A stretch of 63,971 nucleotides of DNA, filler included, from Octopus bimaculoides (lineage: Eukaryota): assembly GCF_001194135.2 (NCBI RefSeq). It is 9 parts of 8 records of this genome, joined end to end, with 100 filler letters (N's around TTAATTAATTAA, not from the genome) between each part and the next. Parts side by side here need not be neighbours in the genome. Positions count along the whole stretch, not along the records: positions 35,280 to 55,004 come from NC_068983.1; 8 more parts are not named here. One strand, given 5' to 3'. Each line of letters opens with the position of its first letter. Positions within the stretch are counted from its first letter, which is position 1. This document shows positions 38,946-51,068 of the stretch, in pieces. The notes under the pieces were generated by a model. The model was given only the letters and a program-made list of their open reading frames with translations. It did no database searches and was not told the origin of the DNA. The translations under genes and the position numbers were made by a program.

Positions 38946-39125
38946 CTCTTTACTCTTTGACTTGTTTCAGTCATTTGACTGCGGCCATACTGGAGCACCG
39001 CCTTTAGTCGAGCAAATCGACCCCAGGACTTATTCTTTGTAAGCCTAATACTTATTCTATTGGTTTCTTTTGCTGAACCGCTAAGTTACGAGGATGTAAA
39101 CACACCAGCATCGGTTGTCAAGCAG
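38946..39125 (-). mobile_element. SINE family A, 3' half
   Basis: Aligns to the tail half of 20227-20625. Confidence 0.8.
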
Positions 39126-40454
39126 TTATAAGTAGGGGACTTCCCAAGACACAGCTGCTAAAAACATATCGCCCTATGGCTACTTGTATGCGGGGTCTAA
39201 ACTGAAGGCTACCTGTAGCACCTTCCAACAGTTCCTGTCATTTCTTTCCCGATTACCACTGGACTTATGCAAAAGTGTGATAGTACTGATATCTTGGTTT
39301 GATGAACAATCTACATGATGAATGTTGTTGTTGTGGGCATAGCTTGTGCAAAGCCAGTCGCACTCTTTCGTCCTTCAAATTTGTATTAGTCTGATGCAAC
39401 AAGTGCCATGGGCCCAGAACTTACCAAGGTGTAAGATATGTATGATGTTACCTTCTCTTAGATGAGCAACTAAAGAGCTGAAGTCTCTCATCTACCCTGG
39501 GGTCTCTTGAAATGTCTGTGAATGACCTTCTTCCAGAGACAGTTCCATAACATGCAATAACATTGGACCCTGGTAGGTGCTACTATTCCAAATCAGAGTG
39601 GACCTGGGCACAATGATGGCTAAACTGGGCCCCCATTACTGGAGGTAGTTTAGTCTTACCCAGGACAAGAGCATTAGTAACTAAAGGAAAGTGAATTGTG
39701 TTCAACTAGGGAATGAAATGAGATCTAAAACTCAGCCTATTGGGAGAAAAAAAGTGACCTTTTATTTCCACCACTATTTCAACAGAAATTGTTTCTTTTT
39801 ACTTGGTTCCCATTTGTTAAGTCTCAAGGAAGCAGACCCTGTGAAAGACAGTCTAGCCATGACCATTCTCATAGAGCACTCTGGACCACATTATTCAGTA
39901 AGTTTTTCAGGATAATAGGATGTAATTTGGAGATTTGGCTACTATTTCTAACAAGTGGAGCTGCTGTGTACAGGATCCCTCCCTCCCTCCTTCACTGGCC
40001 AGTCTGAAGAGGAATATGATTTTAGTGTATTATTGGTATGTTTATTATTATTATTGCCTTTCATCTCTTCGAGGTTGATACAATAAAGTACGGTCAGCTA
40101 CAGAGGGCAATGGCATTGATCCCAGTATTTGACTGGTACTTCATTGTTTTGACCAAAATTGTTGTACTTGTGCTAAAATTAGGAACAATTTAATGTGGTA
40201 TTTGTTTTGGTTCTTGATATTCTGAATTCAAAACTCACCAGGGTCATTTGTTTCTTTCACCCTTTCAGGGTTTATAAAATAAAGTACTGGTCAGATACTG
40301 GAATTGATTGTAACCCGCTTTTGTCAAAATTGACTTTGTGCCGAAATCAGAAACCATTATCATCATCATCATTAGCTGTGTATTAATGTATCAAAAGTCA
40401 ATATCTGTGATTTCCCTGAACTATTGTATCATTTAATGACCATATGTTTATGAA

Positions 40455-40492
<38 letters not shown>

Positions 40493-40844
40493 CAATTAGA
40501 AAATGGAGGATAATATGCTGAACCCAACTACTTGCAGACGGTGTATCCCGTTGAATTCATTAATTTAATTCATAACAAAAGTGACAGAAAAAGAAAGAAC
40601 CAACCAAAGCACAGGTGTCTATGGCAGACTATGTTATGGGTTAGGGTTCCCTTAGTGGGTTGAACCCCCAACCCCTAACTCTCTCACGTTATATANNNNN
40701 NNNNNNNNNNNNNNNNNNNNNNNNNNNNNNNNNNNNNNNNNNNNNNNNNNNNNNNNNNNNNNNNNNNNNNNNNNNNNNNNNNNNNNNNNNNNNNNNNNNN
40801 NNNNNNNNNNNNNNNNNNNNNNNNTTCCTGTTGCTAATGAAAGT

Positions 40845-41148
40845 TTGCACTGGGTTCTGTCCCACTGCGACCAAAGCCTTGTGAGTGGATTTGGTAGATG
40901 GAAACTGAAAGAAGCCCGCCGTATATATATATATGTATGTGTGTGTTTGTCCCCCCAACATCGCTTGACAACTGATGGTGGTGTGTTTGCTTCCTCGTAA
41001 CTTAGCGGTTCGGCAAAAGAGATCAATAGAATAAGTACTAGACTTACAAAGAATAAGTCCTGGGGTCGATTTGCACGACTAAAGGCGGTGGTCCAGCATG
41101 GCCACAGTCAAATGACTGAAACAAGTAAAAGAATAAAAGAAAAGAAAA

Positions 41149-41150
<2 letters not shown>
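40845..41150 (+). mobile_element. SINE family A, 5'-damaged copy
   Basis: CCAAAGCCTTGTGAGTGGATTTGGTAGA...GACTGAAACAAGTAAAAG. Confidence 0.8.
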
Positions 41151-41185
<35 letters not shown>

Positions 41186-41359
41186 TGAATGAATGAGAGT
41201 ATTGTAGCTTGCTTGAAGCATAATAGGATACTCTATATATTGGGATTCACAGTACAGATTGTACCGTTCATCTTTTCAATCATTGAACAGAGAATGTGGT
41301 TTGTGGGACCTCCGTTTGGGCTGTTTTTTCTGCATCACATGTCACAATTGCATGTTAAT

Positions 41360-41500
41360 CCATCTCAAGGTTACCCATTTACGGCTGAGTGAATTGAAGC
41401 AACATGAAATGAAATGTTTTGCTTTGAGAATACAATGCACAGCCAGTCTTGGAATCGAAGCAACAATCTTGCAATCATGAGTGCACCAGGCCTCACGCTT
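41360..41500 (-). mobile_element. Further SINE-like family (tRNA-like head). Also at ~21190-21310(-) and ~60780-60900(-)
   Basis: Shared motif CAACATGAAATGAAATGTTTTGCT...CACAA...GGAATCGAA..ACxATCT...GAT in all three. Confidence 0.6.
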
Positions 41501-42259
41501 TCACAACTGTTTTGAAGAGTGTTATAGGTACATTTTTATTATGGTACTACCACTTGTGCTATGTACCCTGTAGAACAAAAGAGTTTTCGCCATTCTATGA
41601 AACACTGGACTAATATAGTGGATAGAAAAGGTTAAGGACTATTACTATGAAAGGGAGAAAGACAGGAATATGAAGGGGATGACTGGATGATTGAGGTGGC
41701 CGCTTGAAGAGAAGGATGAAAGAGGGGGGGGGGTCTAATATTTACATATTAAAGATATGAAAACCAGGATGCACATACATGATATACTCTAAGATACACT
41801 GACTAGATAACAGCAAGTCAGAAGTGGAACATTTTGATCGTAGACCTACTAATTTTGGTTTGATCTGGAGCTAAACAATTTACAGATAATTTACTAAATT
41901 GCTCAAACTTCCTTATTTTGAAAATTACACATATAGTCAGTCTAGGGTTGTTACACATTGACATAACAGGGTTAAACAGTTAAAATACTGAAATATTTTT
42001 GTCTCGTAGAGTTACTAGGGAAATAAGCTGCCCCCCCCCCCCNNNNNNNNNNNNNNNNNNNNNNNNNNNNNNNNNNNNNNNCCCCCCCCACCAAGTAATT
42101 TCCATTTTATCTTTGTGTGTATACTTATCATGATGAAATGTGTGGCAGCAGACCTCCCTGTCTTACAAGGTATATTTGCGTGAGTGTATAGTTAGGTTTC
42201 TCATCATAAAACTGGAGTATAATGAAAGTTGTTCATTATTCAAGATTTTGGTGTCATTC

Positions 42260-42630
42260 GCTGTGTGGTAAGGAGTTTGCTTCCCAACCACAGGGTTCTA
42301 GGGTCAGTTCCATTGTGTGGCACCATTTCTATAGCCCCAGGTCAACCAAATCCTTTTGAGTGGATTTAGTTGACAGAAAGTGAAAGACTCTCATTATGTG
42401 TGTGTGTTGTTTTTTTGCTTTAACTTCATGTGATAATAGCAAATGAATGTGATCATCATGTAAGTGGTGTCCTTCATTACCAATCTTCTGGGGAAAACCT
42501 ATCCTGGGAAAATATTACCTTGGAAACAGGGAAGGGTTAGCTAGGAATGGCATCTGGCTGTAGAAAAGCTGCCCCAACAAATTGTCGAACCCATGCAAGC
42601 ATGGAAAAGTAGATGTTAAAATGATAATAT
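42260..42630 (+). mobile_element. SINE with a family A head and an RTE-type (family D) tail
   Basis: TGTGTGGTAAGGAGTTTGCTTCCCAACCAC head; tail AACCCATGCAAGCATGGAAAAGTAGATGTTAAAATGAT. Confidence 0.7.
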
Positions 42631-43356
42631 ATGGACTATATAAGACTGTAATGTCACACTGGAAAACACAAGCTTATTAATTGTTCTGTGTGTGACTTTT
42701 GCTATTTTAAAGCTGTAGGATGTGATTTAAGGAAATTTGGTTGCTGATTTTAAGAAATCCAACTTTTTTTTCATTGTCTCCAAGTTATCTTTGATCAAGG
42801 ATGTTCCTTTTATGACCATCCAGTATTTTTTGTATATCAAGAACTGCATTCAATATCCTTTAAGAGGATTGAGTACAATTTGAGAGAGACTTTGCTGCTA
42901 TTTCCAGTAGGTCAATTCAATCAACCATGCAAATGCTATTTGGACCAGCAGACATTCATTGTTACTTTGTTATCCAGTAACACAGTAGAAAATATTCTCT
43001 CTTCCTCATCTTATGTTCCAAACACCAACCAAATAAGTTATTTTACCAAATTATTCATTATTTTCAAAATTCATTAAAACATAGTGTATTTCAGAAACAT
43101 GGTAACAAAAAAAAATTAATCTTCAAAGAACAGAGGCCTTTAGTAGCTGCAGAAAAGGTAGAGAGGAAACAATACATTTTGGGATTATTGCTCTTTTCTC
43201 AAATATAGGTTTTAATATCAAATATCAGTTTTATCATTGTTGCTTCATAATGGTACGCTTCATAATGCTAAGATTGTAATTTAGTGATGATATCTAATTC
43301 TGTGGAACACACATTACTGTGTAGGTATCTAAGGCTACAGTGGCTTGATTGAGTAA

Positions 43357-43572
43357 CACTTTAGCATTCACATTATTCTGGAAAATGTAATTCATATTAT
43401 TCACATTGTTTTGAATTAATCAGGATCTTGTAGCTTTGAGAGTTCAACGATGTGATTGTTCATTTTTAGAATGACATAGGATAAATTTGAGAGACTAACT
43501 AGATCTGGCTGGTTTGAACTTAAAACTGGTAGGATATCTGAGCCAGATATGGCCAGTTTAAATGCTAAAGGG
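43357..43572. mobile_element. piggyBac-like MITE
   Basis: Left GTAA|CACTTTAGCATT and right AATGCTAAAGGG|TTAA (reverse complement TTAA|CCCTTTAGCATT). A TTAA target with CCC termini is the piggyBac signature; the left end is degenerate. Confidence 0.6.
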
Positions 43573-44877
43573 TTAATAAAGAAATCCCACAACTTATGTT
43601 AATCAATTTGGCTAAAGATTTTATTTCAGGCATTATACTTTAGTCATAACGTCTAATGTATCATACAGAAATACACAGTATAGTTCCTGGTTTTTATCTA
43701 GATGAAAAATAAATGTCAGTCCTATTTCAGAATTGAGTCTATTTTTGAATTAGGAAGAACATTAAAATATTAAGGAAACACTAAGAACTTATGAAATATC
43801 TGGCTTTAGAACAAAAATCCTATTATACTTTAAATTAAATATTATTAAGAATTGTATAAGAAAATTAAAATATTTTGATTATTTTAGAATTTTAGCCAAT
43901 TTATTGCACATAATTTTAACAACAAAATTTATATGGATCCCCAAGCGTCATGAACCCCAGTTGAGGCCCAGCCTGTTAAGTGGTTGGTATTAGGAAGGGC
44001 ATCCAGTCGTAGAAACCATGCCTCAACAGACAGCTGGAGTCTGGACAGCTCCCTGCTAGCCAGCTTCATGTCAAATTGTCCAACATGAAAAGGAGATGTT
44101 AAATGATGATATATATATATATATATATATACATATATACACACACATACATGCACACACGTGTATGTAGGCCTCTCTAAGTCAATGACTTTACAGAGTG
44201 TACTGAATGCATTTTGTGACACAGCCATAGTGAGGTTGCTCTGTATCCCACAAAATTAAAAAGTCCTCAATACACTAAGTTGTCTCCATTTGTTCAAGGA
44301 ACTGTGACCAAAAGGGTGAAGAAACAGCAGTGACATAAGATGAACTAAAGGGAGAAGGTGAAGGAAGCAAGAATATGGTGGGAGAAATAGGATTGGACTG
44401 AGAAAGTGGTCGAGCATGGAAGAGACCATGCAGGAGGGAGTAATGCAAGAGAGACAGTGAAAGCAGTTACATACTTGCTGGTGAGGAGGAAGAGAGAGAA
44501 TGATTGATAGTAAGAGGCGGGCAATGGTAGGCAAGTGATAGATGTCTGTTATAAGTGACTTGCAGAAGAAGGAATAATAGCCGTACAGGATGATGGTGGA
44601 TTCATCATATACAGATTTGGTGCAATCCCTTATTACACAAGCATCATGATGAGAGAGAGAGTGTGTGTGTGATAAGGATGATAGTAGGAGTGGATTGAAT
44701 ATGGACAAATTCAAAACCACCTCTCATCATGGGAACAGCACAGTAATTAAGAGTGAGTAATAGATGAGAGGGTATTGATGAGGAGGTGAGAGCAGTAGAT
44801 AGAAGCTTAACAAGAATTTAATGATTGAGAGATTTCAAATGATGTATTGCGGTCTCCATTACTATCATCTTAATATT

Positions 44878-45230
44878 CATTCCCCCATGCTTGCATGGGT
44901 AGGCAGGTCTTCTCTAGCACTGCATGTTGACAATCATTACAATCTTTTGTCATCTCCTTCATGAATCTCAGCATTTTGAGATCAGTCTTCATCACAGGCT
45001 TTCCAGGTTTTTTCATTGGTTCTATCTATTTTGGTTGCTCTTTCACTGATTCTGTTTCAGTTGCTCGACACTTTATACAGCTAACCTTCTTTATAAACAC
45101 CTTACACCCATTCCAGTGCACATAGATTTAATTTCTCATGTATCCATTTATATTTTTTTCTCTCAAGCACACTGTCTTGTCATTCAGAATGCCTCACATC
45201 TTTGCCCCTTGCATTGCAGAACATTCTACC
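44878..45230 (-). mobile_element. Decayed RTE-clade LINE 3' fragment (second family)
   Basis: Minus strand reads KTDLKMLRFMKEMTKD...HAVLEKT, followed by a CCCATGCAAGCATGG tail that is also found on family-D SINE-like repeats. Confidence 0.65.
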
Positions 45231-45389
45231 CTATATTGAGGAATGTCGTGTTTGAAGCTATTTTCTGTTGAGACAAGTCAAGTTTGCAGAAAATACCAAT
45301 TAGATTTTTTGGTAGATATTTAACATCATTACTAAAATGACCACAAAATTTAATTTCACAGTGAAAGGGTTAAATGTGCACACAGTGCA

Positions 45390-45718
45390 CAGGAGTGGCT
45401 GTGTGGTAAGTAGCTTGCTTACCAACCACATGGTTCCGGGTTCAGTCCCACTGTGTGGCACTTTGGGCCGACCAAAGCCTTGTGAGTGGATTTGGTAGAC
45501 GGTAACTGAAAGAAGCCCGTCGTATATAAATATATATATATATATATATGTGTTTGTGTGTCTGTGTTTGTCCCCATAACTTAGCGGTTCGGCAAAAGAG
45601 ACCGATAGAATAAGTACTAGGCTTCCAAAGAATAAGTCCTGGGATCGATTTGCTCGACTAAAGGCAGTGTTCCAGCATGGCCGCAGTCAAATGACTGAAA
45701 CAAGTAAAAGAGTAAGAG
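45390..45718 (+). mobile_element. SINE family A with two internal deletions
   Basis: Intact head and tail. Lacks the AAGTGTCTTCTACTATAGCCTCGGGC segment (GGGC microhomology) and part of the region after the microsatellite. Confidence 0.85.
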
Positions 45719-46099
45719 TGCTAAGACAATTTATTCAGGATTCCCAGCTGCTGTCTTTTAGTCAAGGAAGCTTGTCCAATTTCAATCTATTAAATTGAAC
45801 CAAGACGTGAATGTGTTTTATCAACCTTTGTTGGATTTGAACTTAGAACATAGAAAGGTGAGACTAAATACAGTAATAGTATTGTCTGCCTTTTACCTTT
45901 GTGCTGATAATACAATACTCTGTTTCCTGTTAGTGAATAAATACTTGTATATGTAGCTAGTCATGAAGCCACTCTTACTACCCCTCTAGCTATTTAGATA
46001 TTAGTGTAAATCATACATTTGGACTGACATACCTTCTATAAGCCTCTCTCTCTCTGTCTGTGTGTGTGTATTCATACATATAATATATATATATATATA

Positions 46100-46292
46100 T
46101 TCGTGCAGGTGACATGTAAAAGCACCTACTACACTCTCTGAGTGGTTGGCGTTAGAAAGGGCATCCAACTGTAGAAACTCTGCCAAATTTAGATTGGAGC
46201 CTGGTGTTGCCATCCGGTTTCACCAGTCCTCAGTCAAATCGTCCAACCCATGCTAGCATGGAAAGCGGACGTTAAACGATGATGATGATGAT
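46100..46292 (+). mobile_element. Family D (RTE-tailed SINE-like repeat). Other copies at 514-562(-), 1730-2090(-), 4147-4230(-), 4272-4580(-), 43950-44110(+), 54355-54520(-)
   Basis: GGTTGGCGTTAGAAAGGGCATCCAACTGTAGAAAC core; tail CCCATGCTAGCATGGAAAGCGGACGTTAAAC(GAT)n. Confidence 0.8.
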
Positions 46293-46555
46293 ATATATAT
46301 ATATATACACACATATATATATATATACATATATCCATATATCCATTTAAAAGAAAATGGAAATAAGGAAGTTAATTGTTTATCATTAACAAATTGGTCA
46401 TCTTTGCTTCTTTCAGCTATTTCAATTAACACTTGATAATTTAATTACAAATTTGTACATTAAATTTACATTTATGTGACATGAGTACAATTTCATCAGA
46501 GCAAAAACAAATGTACCTTTGGATGTTATATGTAGACCTATCAATTCATTTCAGC

Positions 46556-46559
<4 letters not shown>

Positions 46560-46638
<79 letters not shown>
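46560..46638. repeat. (TA)n microsatellite
   Basis: Direct inspection. Confidence 0.95.
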
Positions 46639-46640
<2 letters not shown>

Positions 46641-47735
46641 GTTAGTATAATAAATGTTTTGTAGGACAAATATAGCTGATATCATACACCCACTTAGCAT
46701 TGTAAGAATTAAATTCTGTAACTCTTGACTGGTGAACTGGAAAGTTTGTTTAGCACGAGGTTGATCTATGATAAAAAGTATTCCAACCGGAACCATCCTG
46801 TCTTGTTGGGGTGCTTACGATTACATTATATAATATCCTTTCCGTTCTCTTAATTATTTGTTTGCCCTGCATATCGCATGTGACGTTCATGCATCATACA
46901 TGATACACATTTCTAACATTTTTTCCAGTTTTTCAGAGTAATTTGGGACTTGTGAAAAGAAAGTTTTATAATACTCAGAATGTACAAAACCAGGGCTAAC
47001 TAAATGTCTGAAAGCAAGCATAGATGATTAGGGCAAACTTATGAAAATGTTTTGAACAAGCGAAGGGGGTTAAAATTGTGGAATGTAATTCGGGGGCAGT
47101 TTGGTTGCTATATCTTTCTTTCATTTTCAAGTAATTGCTTGTCGTTTAGTGCTTGCTATGAGCCCAATTTATTTAGAGCAGAGAGATTATTGTGACACTT
47201 GCTGAAATAACTTGTATTGTCCCTGATGAGATATAAGGTCACAAGATGTAAGGTCCAGAACTTTAAGATGATATCAAAAAAATTATTATTGATACATATT
47301 GATGCACAAATGAATAAGGTTGTAGATAGTAAAAAAACTGAGTAAAGGGTTTCAGTAATTAAGAGTGAGGCAGAACAAAAGCTGATTGTATCGGTTGTGT
47401 GTAGGTGACATAGTTCTGAAGTTTTTAATAGTTTATGCTAACCTACACACTGAGAGAAAATGGTAAAGTTGTGTAATAGGCACATTTAACATTGGTAGAA
47501 TAGATTTTGAAAGTTAACCAGCTATATCAATTAAATCAACCATATTGGGTTAGTATTTGTTTCACGGCCAGGAATGAGAAACGATCAAATTTAAACTTGT
47601 GTCAAGTGGGGGAGGCTAAATATTGTTAAGTTTTTATGTCCAATGGTTTGTCTCTGTTCAGTTGCTTGGCTTGCTAGAAATAGCAGCTGAGTCTCCTTCA
47701 AGTCATATCCTACTTTCTTTAGAGGGAAAGGATAC

Positions 47736-47957
47736 ATTCTATGCAACACACAGACATCAGCAATTGATAGCTAATTCAATAATCTCTCTAGATGTCCATA
47801 TTGTATTATTTAATGGCAATAAATTGGAGTCTTTGGCAACAGCCATACATACACAATCTCAGATCCTGTGTCCATAAGAACTTCCTTTTATTCCAAACTA
47901 ATCCAGTTCTATACAATACAGAAACTGCTCTAGTGTACACCACATACCATATTCAAC
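47736..47957 (+). repeat. 222-bp exact duplication, copy 1
   Basis: Identical by eye to 48608-48829 (offset 872 bp). The ORF track reports the same peptide at 47792 and 48664. Confidence 0.92.
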
Positions 47958-48607
47958 CCCTATGTAACCTGTCTAAATAAAAAAAAACAAGATGGTCATG
48001 ATTGGAATGCTGGATTATGTATCCAAACCAAGATTCAGCAGCCTATTTATTGACTGTACACATCAAATTTGAGAACAAGTCAACCAAAAGGTTGATTGAA
48101 TGAAACTTTGATTCAGATAACGTAATCATGTTTACATTATTATTTAAACATATGTCATTCTACATTTCTCAACATGAAGGTTTATTGAACACTTTTGTTT
48201 CAATTCCACGAAATAAACTCTGTGTGTGATATCACGAGAGAGAGATAGGTAAAGCCTTCATGCATATGACTTTGTTGAAAGCTAGGAAGGTGTTCCTAAT
48301 ATGACAAATATTTTATGTTCTATAAAATATATCACAAGTTACAAGTTCAGGGCTTCTGTAACTCATCTGCCTTTGGTATTTTTCCTCTTGATCACTAATT
48401 CCTTTCTTCTCGTGTTGACAAATACTGCTTTCTTTACCCCTAAATATATGAGGCAACTGTTCTAAAAAGAAACCATAGTTCACTGAATCAACTTCAATTC
48501 GTATATCTATTATTTAAGCTATTTAGTAATATTAATTCTTCACTGTGACTGATCTGCCACCACCTTCACCCTTTTAACCTCAGTAAGTATGTGAAATATC
48601 CTACTGT

Positions 48608-48829
48608 ATTCTATGCAACACACAGACATCAGCAATTGATAGCTAATTCAATAATCTCTCTAGATGTCCATATTGTATTATTTAATGGCAATAAATTGGA
48701 GTCTTTGGCAACAGCCATACATACACAATCTCAGATCCTGTGTCCATAAGAACTTCCTTTTATTCCAAACTAATCCAGTTCTATACAATACAGAAACTGC
48801 TCTAGTGTACACCACATACCATATTCAAC
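48608..48829 (+). repeat. 222-bp exact duplication, copy 2
   Basis: Identical by eye to 47736-47957. Confidence 0.92.
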
Positions 48830-49419
48830 AGCTATTAAAGTTCTGAGCATTACATGTAATACTAGTGTTACAGTATTGTTGCCACGAATGCATTAGTAAA
48901 CAGTGACACAAACAGATATGTGATAAATTGGATTTATCCTGCCTGGGTCTCTTACAAACCAACCCTGCATCCTAATGAGATGTCCACACTCCACATTCAT
49001 CACTTGTTTTCACAATAAGATAAAAATTAAGATATGTGACACGAGGTCATTTTGTTTCCAAACATATTCCTTGTGTTTACATAAGCAAATACTGCAGATA
49101 TGTGCACCCAATGACATTAATACCATACTCAAGCCAATGAGGGAACCACTATTAAGTCACTGCTACTATTGCTACTACTTCTATTACTTGTCATCTAACT
49201 TTGGCTGGTTACACTATGAGGTTCCAGGACTCCATAGTATTTTCAAGTAGCTAAATTGAGTTGATGAATTGCCAGTTCTATCAACTGTTAGTAATCCACC
49301 AACTGGATTAGTTGACTATAGACTGACCGTTGGCCGAAGAGGCTCTTCTGCCCAGACTGTGTCATGTAGTTTCACCGAATGATCAACATGCCCAACTTTA
49401 CATGTACTGCTTCCTATGA

Positions 49420-49580
49420 CTTCACCCACTAGAAATACAGCCAAATTTCTCTAAAATCATACCCTACTGTCTTTTTTTTTTTTTAAATGGGGGAGGTGCT
49501 GGAAAATGCAGTCCTAAATACCTTACACTTGATGTCTTAAAAAAAAGAAACAGGAAAGTGATAGATGGAACATCTTTGTT
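49420..49580 (+). repeat. Dispersed repeat family E (unclassified). Also at ~8985-9150(-), 35480-35600(-), 35830-36030(-), 42690-42860(-), 47640-48030(+), 52140-52270(+), 53100-53230(-), 53380-53480(+)
   Basis: Recurrent CTAGAAATA(G)CAGCCAAATCTC.CTCAAATCA.ACCCTACTGTCTT...GATGGTCATGGCT motif. Confidence 0.65.
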
Positions 49581-50698
49581 TATAGTTCTGTTCAATGAGG
49601 GAAGATTTTTGGCTAAAGAACTTACACTTCTGAATCCCCCCCACAAAGTACATGAATTTGTTTCTCTGTGCAAATTTCTTTCTAGTTTGTCAAACCCCTT
49701 CAATGAATTTCAGCTATCCTGCATTGAGTCCTCTTTGCTCACCTTTGTTGTCATCACTGCCAAAATCTGCAAGTATTAAACAAATTATGCAAGAGAACAG
49801 ACAGGATTTCCCATGTTTTAATTATATTACACTTTCTACAACTGTACATGTGTATGGGTGCTGGGTGACACTAGACTTTAATGGTGGTGTACAATATTAT
49901 ATTTCCTGTATAAGTAACTTGACCACATAAGTTACTGACTGAGTATTCAACTACAATTACAAATCATTGAATTAGGGCCCAAAATGTTTGTGGCCTAGTA
50001 GAAAAGAGCATATTACCCTTAGTTTAGAAATAAAGGTTTCAAGTTTAAAACCAGTTTGGTATTGTGTAGTCACCAAAGAATAAGACACTTGATACTGGAG
50101 ATCAAACCAATCAAAACATTGTGTAGATAACAAAAAAAGAATTGTGTTTCTGTAGATGAAGTTGATAGTTTGAGAATTTATCTTATTTGTTATGATCAGT
50201 TTAAAACTTACCCAAGTCTTTGTAATGATATTTTTAGGGGTTAACCACCTTTCAAATGATACCACTTGTTGATTGCTAAGGTTTCCAATAAGGTTGGCAT
50301 TAAGTAAAATCTTATTTTAGACAGTTGCTTCTGCTGCTCATTAAAACTGGTTGATCTCCATCAACTATCAATTAAGGTAGATTATAACCGGTAACAAACT
50401 GGATAACTATCAATGTGACATGCCCTGATTTGCATACAGGTAACCCCTGTATAGTCCCCAGACATTACCATTTGTCATATCTGGAGTGCAGGATCTACAG
50501 CTTGATGCTCTTAACCCTCTTCCCAGTATTGGAATTGTTATCTTTATAATTGTTCTGATGCTGTCGGTCCTGGCTACTAAACAACTATTAGACTTCTACC
50601 AAAATTTAGCACAGTACTTTCTTAGTCTGAAATTACTGGATGGACAAAATATGAAGCTGATATGTAGGTCTTGATCACTGGCTTGCTTGGTCAAGACT

Positions 50699-51068
50699 GT
50701 TTATTGGCACTCCGTTGCTTACGACATCGAGGGTTCCAGTTGATCCGATCAGCGGAACAGCCTGCTCATGAAATTAACGTGCAAGTGGCTGAGCACTCCA
50801 CAGACACGTGTACCCTTAACGTAGTTCTCGGGGATATTCAGCATGACACAGTGTTACAAGGCTGACCCTTTGAATTACAGGCACAACAGAAACAGGAAGA
50901 GAGAGTGAGAGAAAGTTGTGGTGGAAGAGTACAGCAAGGTTTGCCACCATCTCCTGCCAGAGCCGCATGGAGCTTTAGGTGTTTTCGCTCAATAAACACT
51001 CACAACGCCCGGTCTGGGAATTGAAACCGCGAGTCCACTACCCTAACCACTGGGCCATTGCGCCTCCA
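50699..51068 (-). mobile_element. SINE family C (tRNA-derived head), full copy with a perfect 13-bp TSD
   Basis: TSD CTTGGTCAAGACT at 50686-50698 and 51069-51081. Head GGCGCAATGGCCCAGTGG (A box) and GGTTTCAATTCC (B box); tail ACGGAGTGCCAA. Confidence 0.9.

Noticed and set aside
44256-44720. 154-aa minus-strand ORF
   Set aside because: Pyrimidine-rich, low-information sequence with no recognisable domain. A faint resemblance to an L2/CR1-type 3' region in another frame is too weak to call.
22126-47240. Other CTGATGA occurrences (about 22126, 25385, 32587, 47222) as hammerheads
   Set aside because: None is followed by a stem II plus GAAA.
50212-50275. Minus-strand 64-nt exon candidate with a GTAAGT donor
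   Set aside because: Poor pyrimidine tract and no recognisable peptide.
51010-51068. tRNA gene (A and B boxes present)
   Set aside because: It is the head of a SINE with a 13-bp TSD, and the cloverleaf is incomplete. The same applies to family A and B heads.
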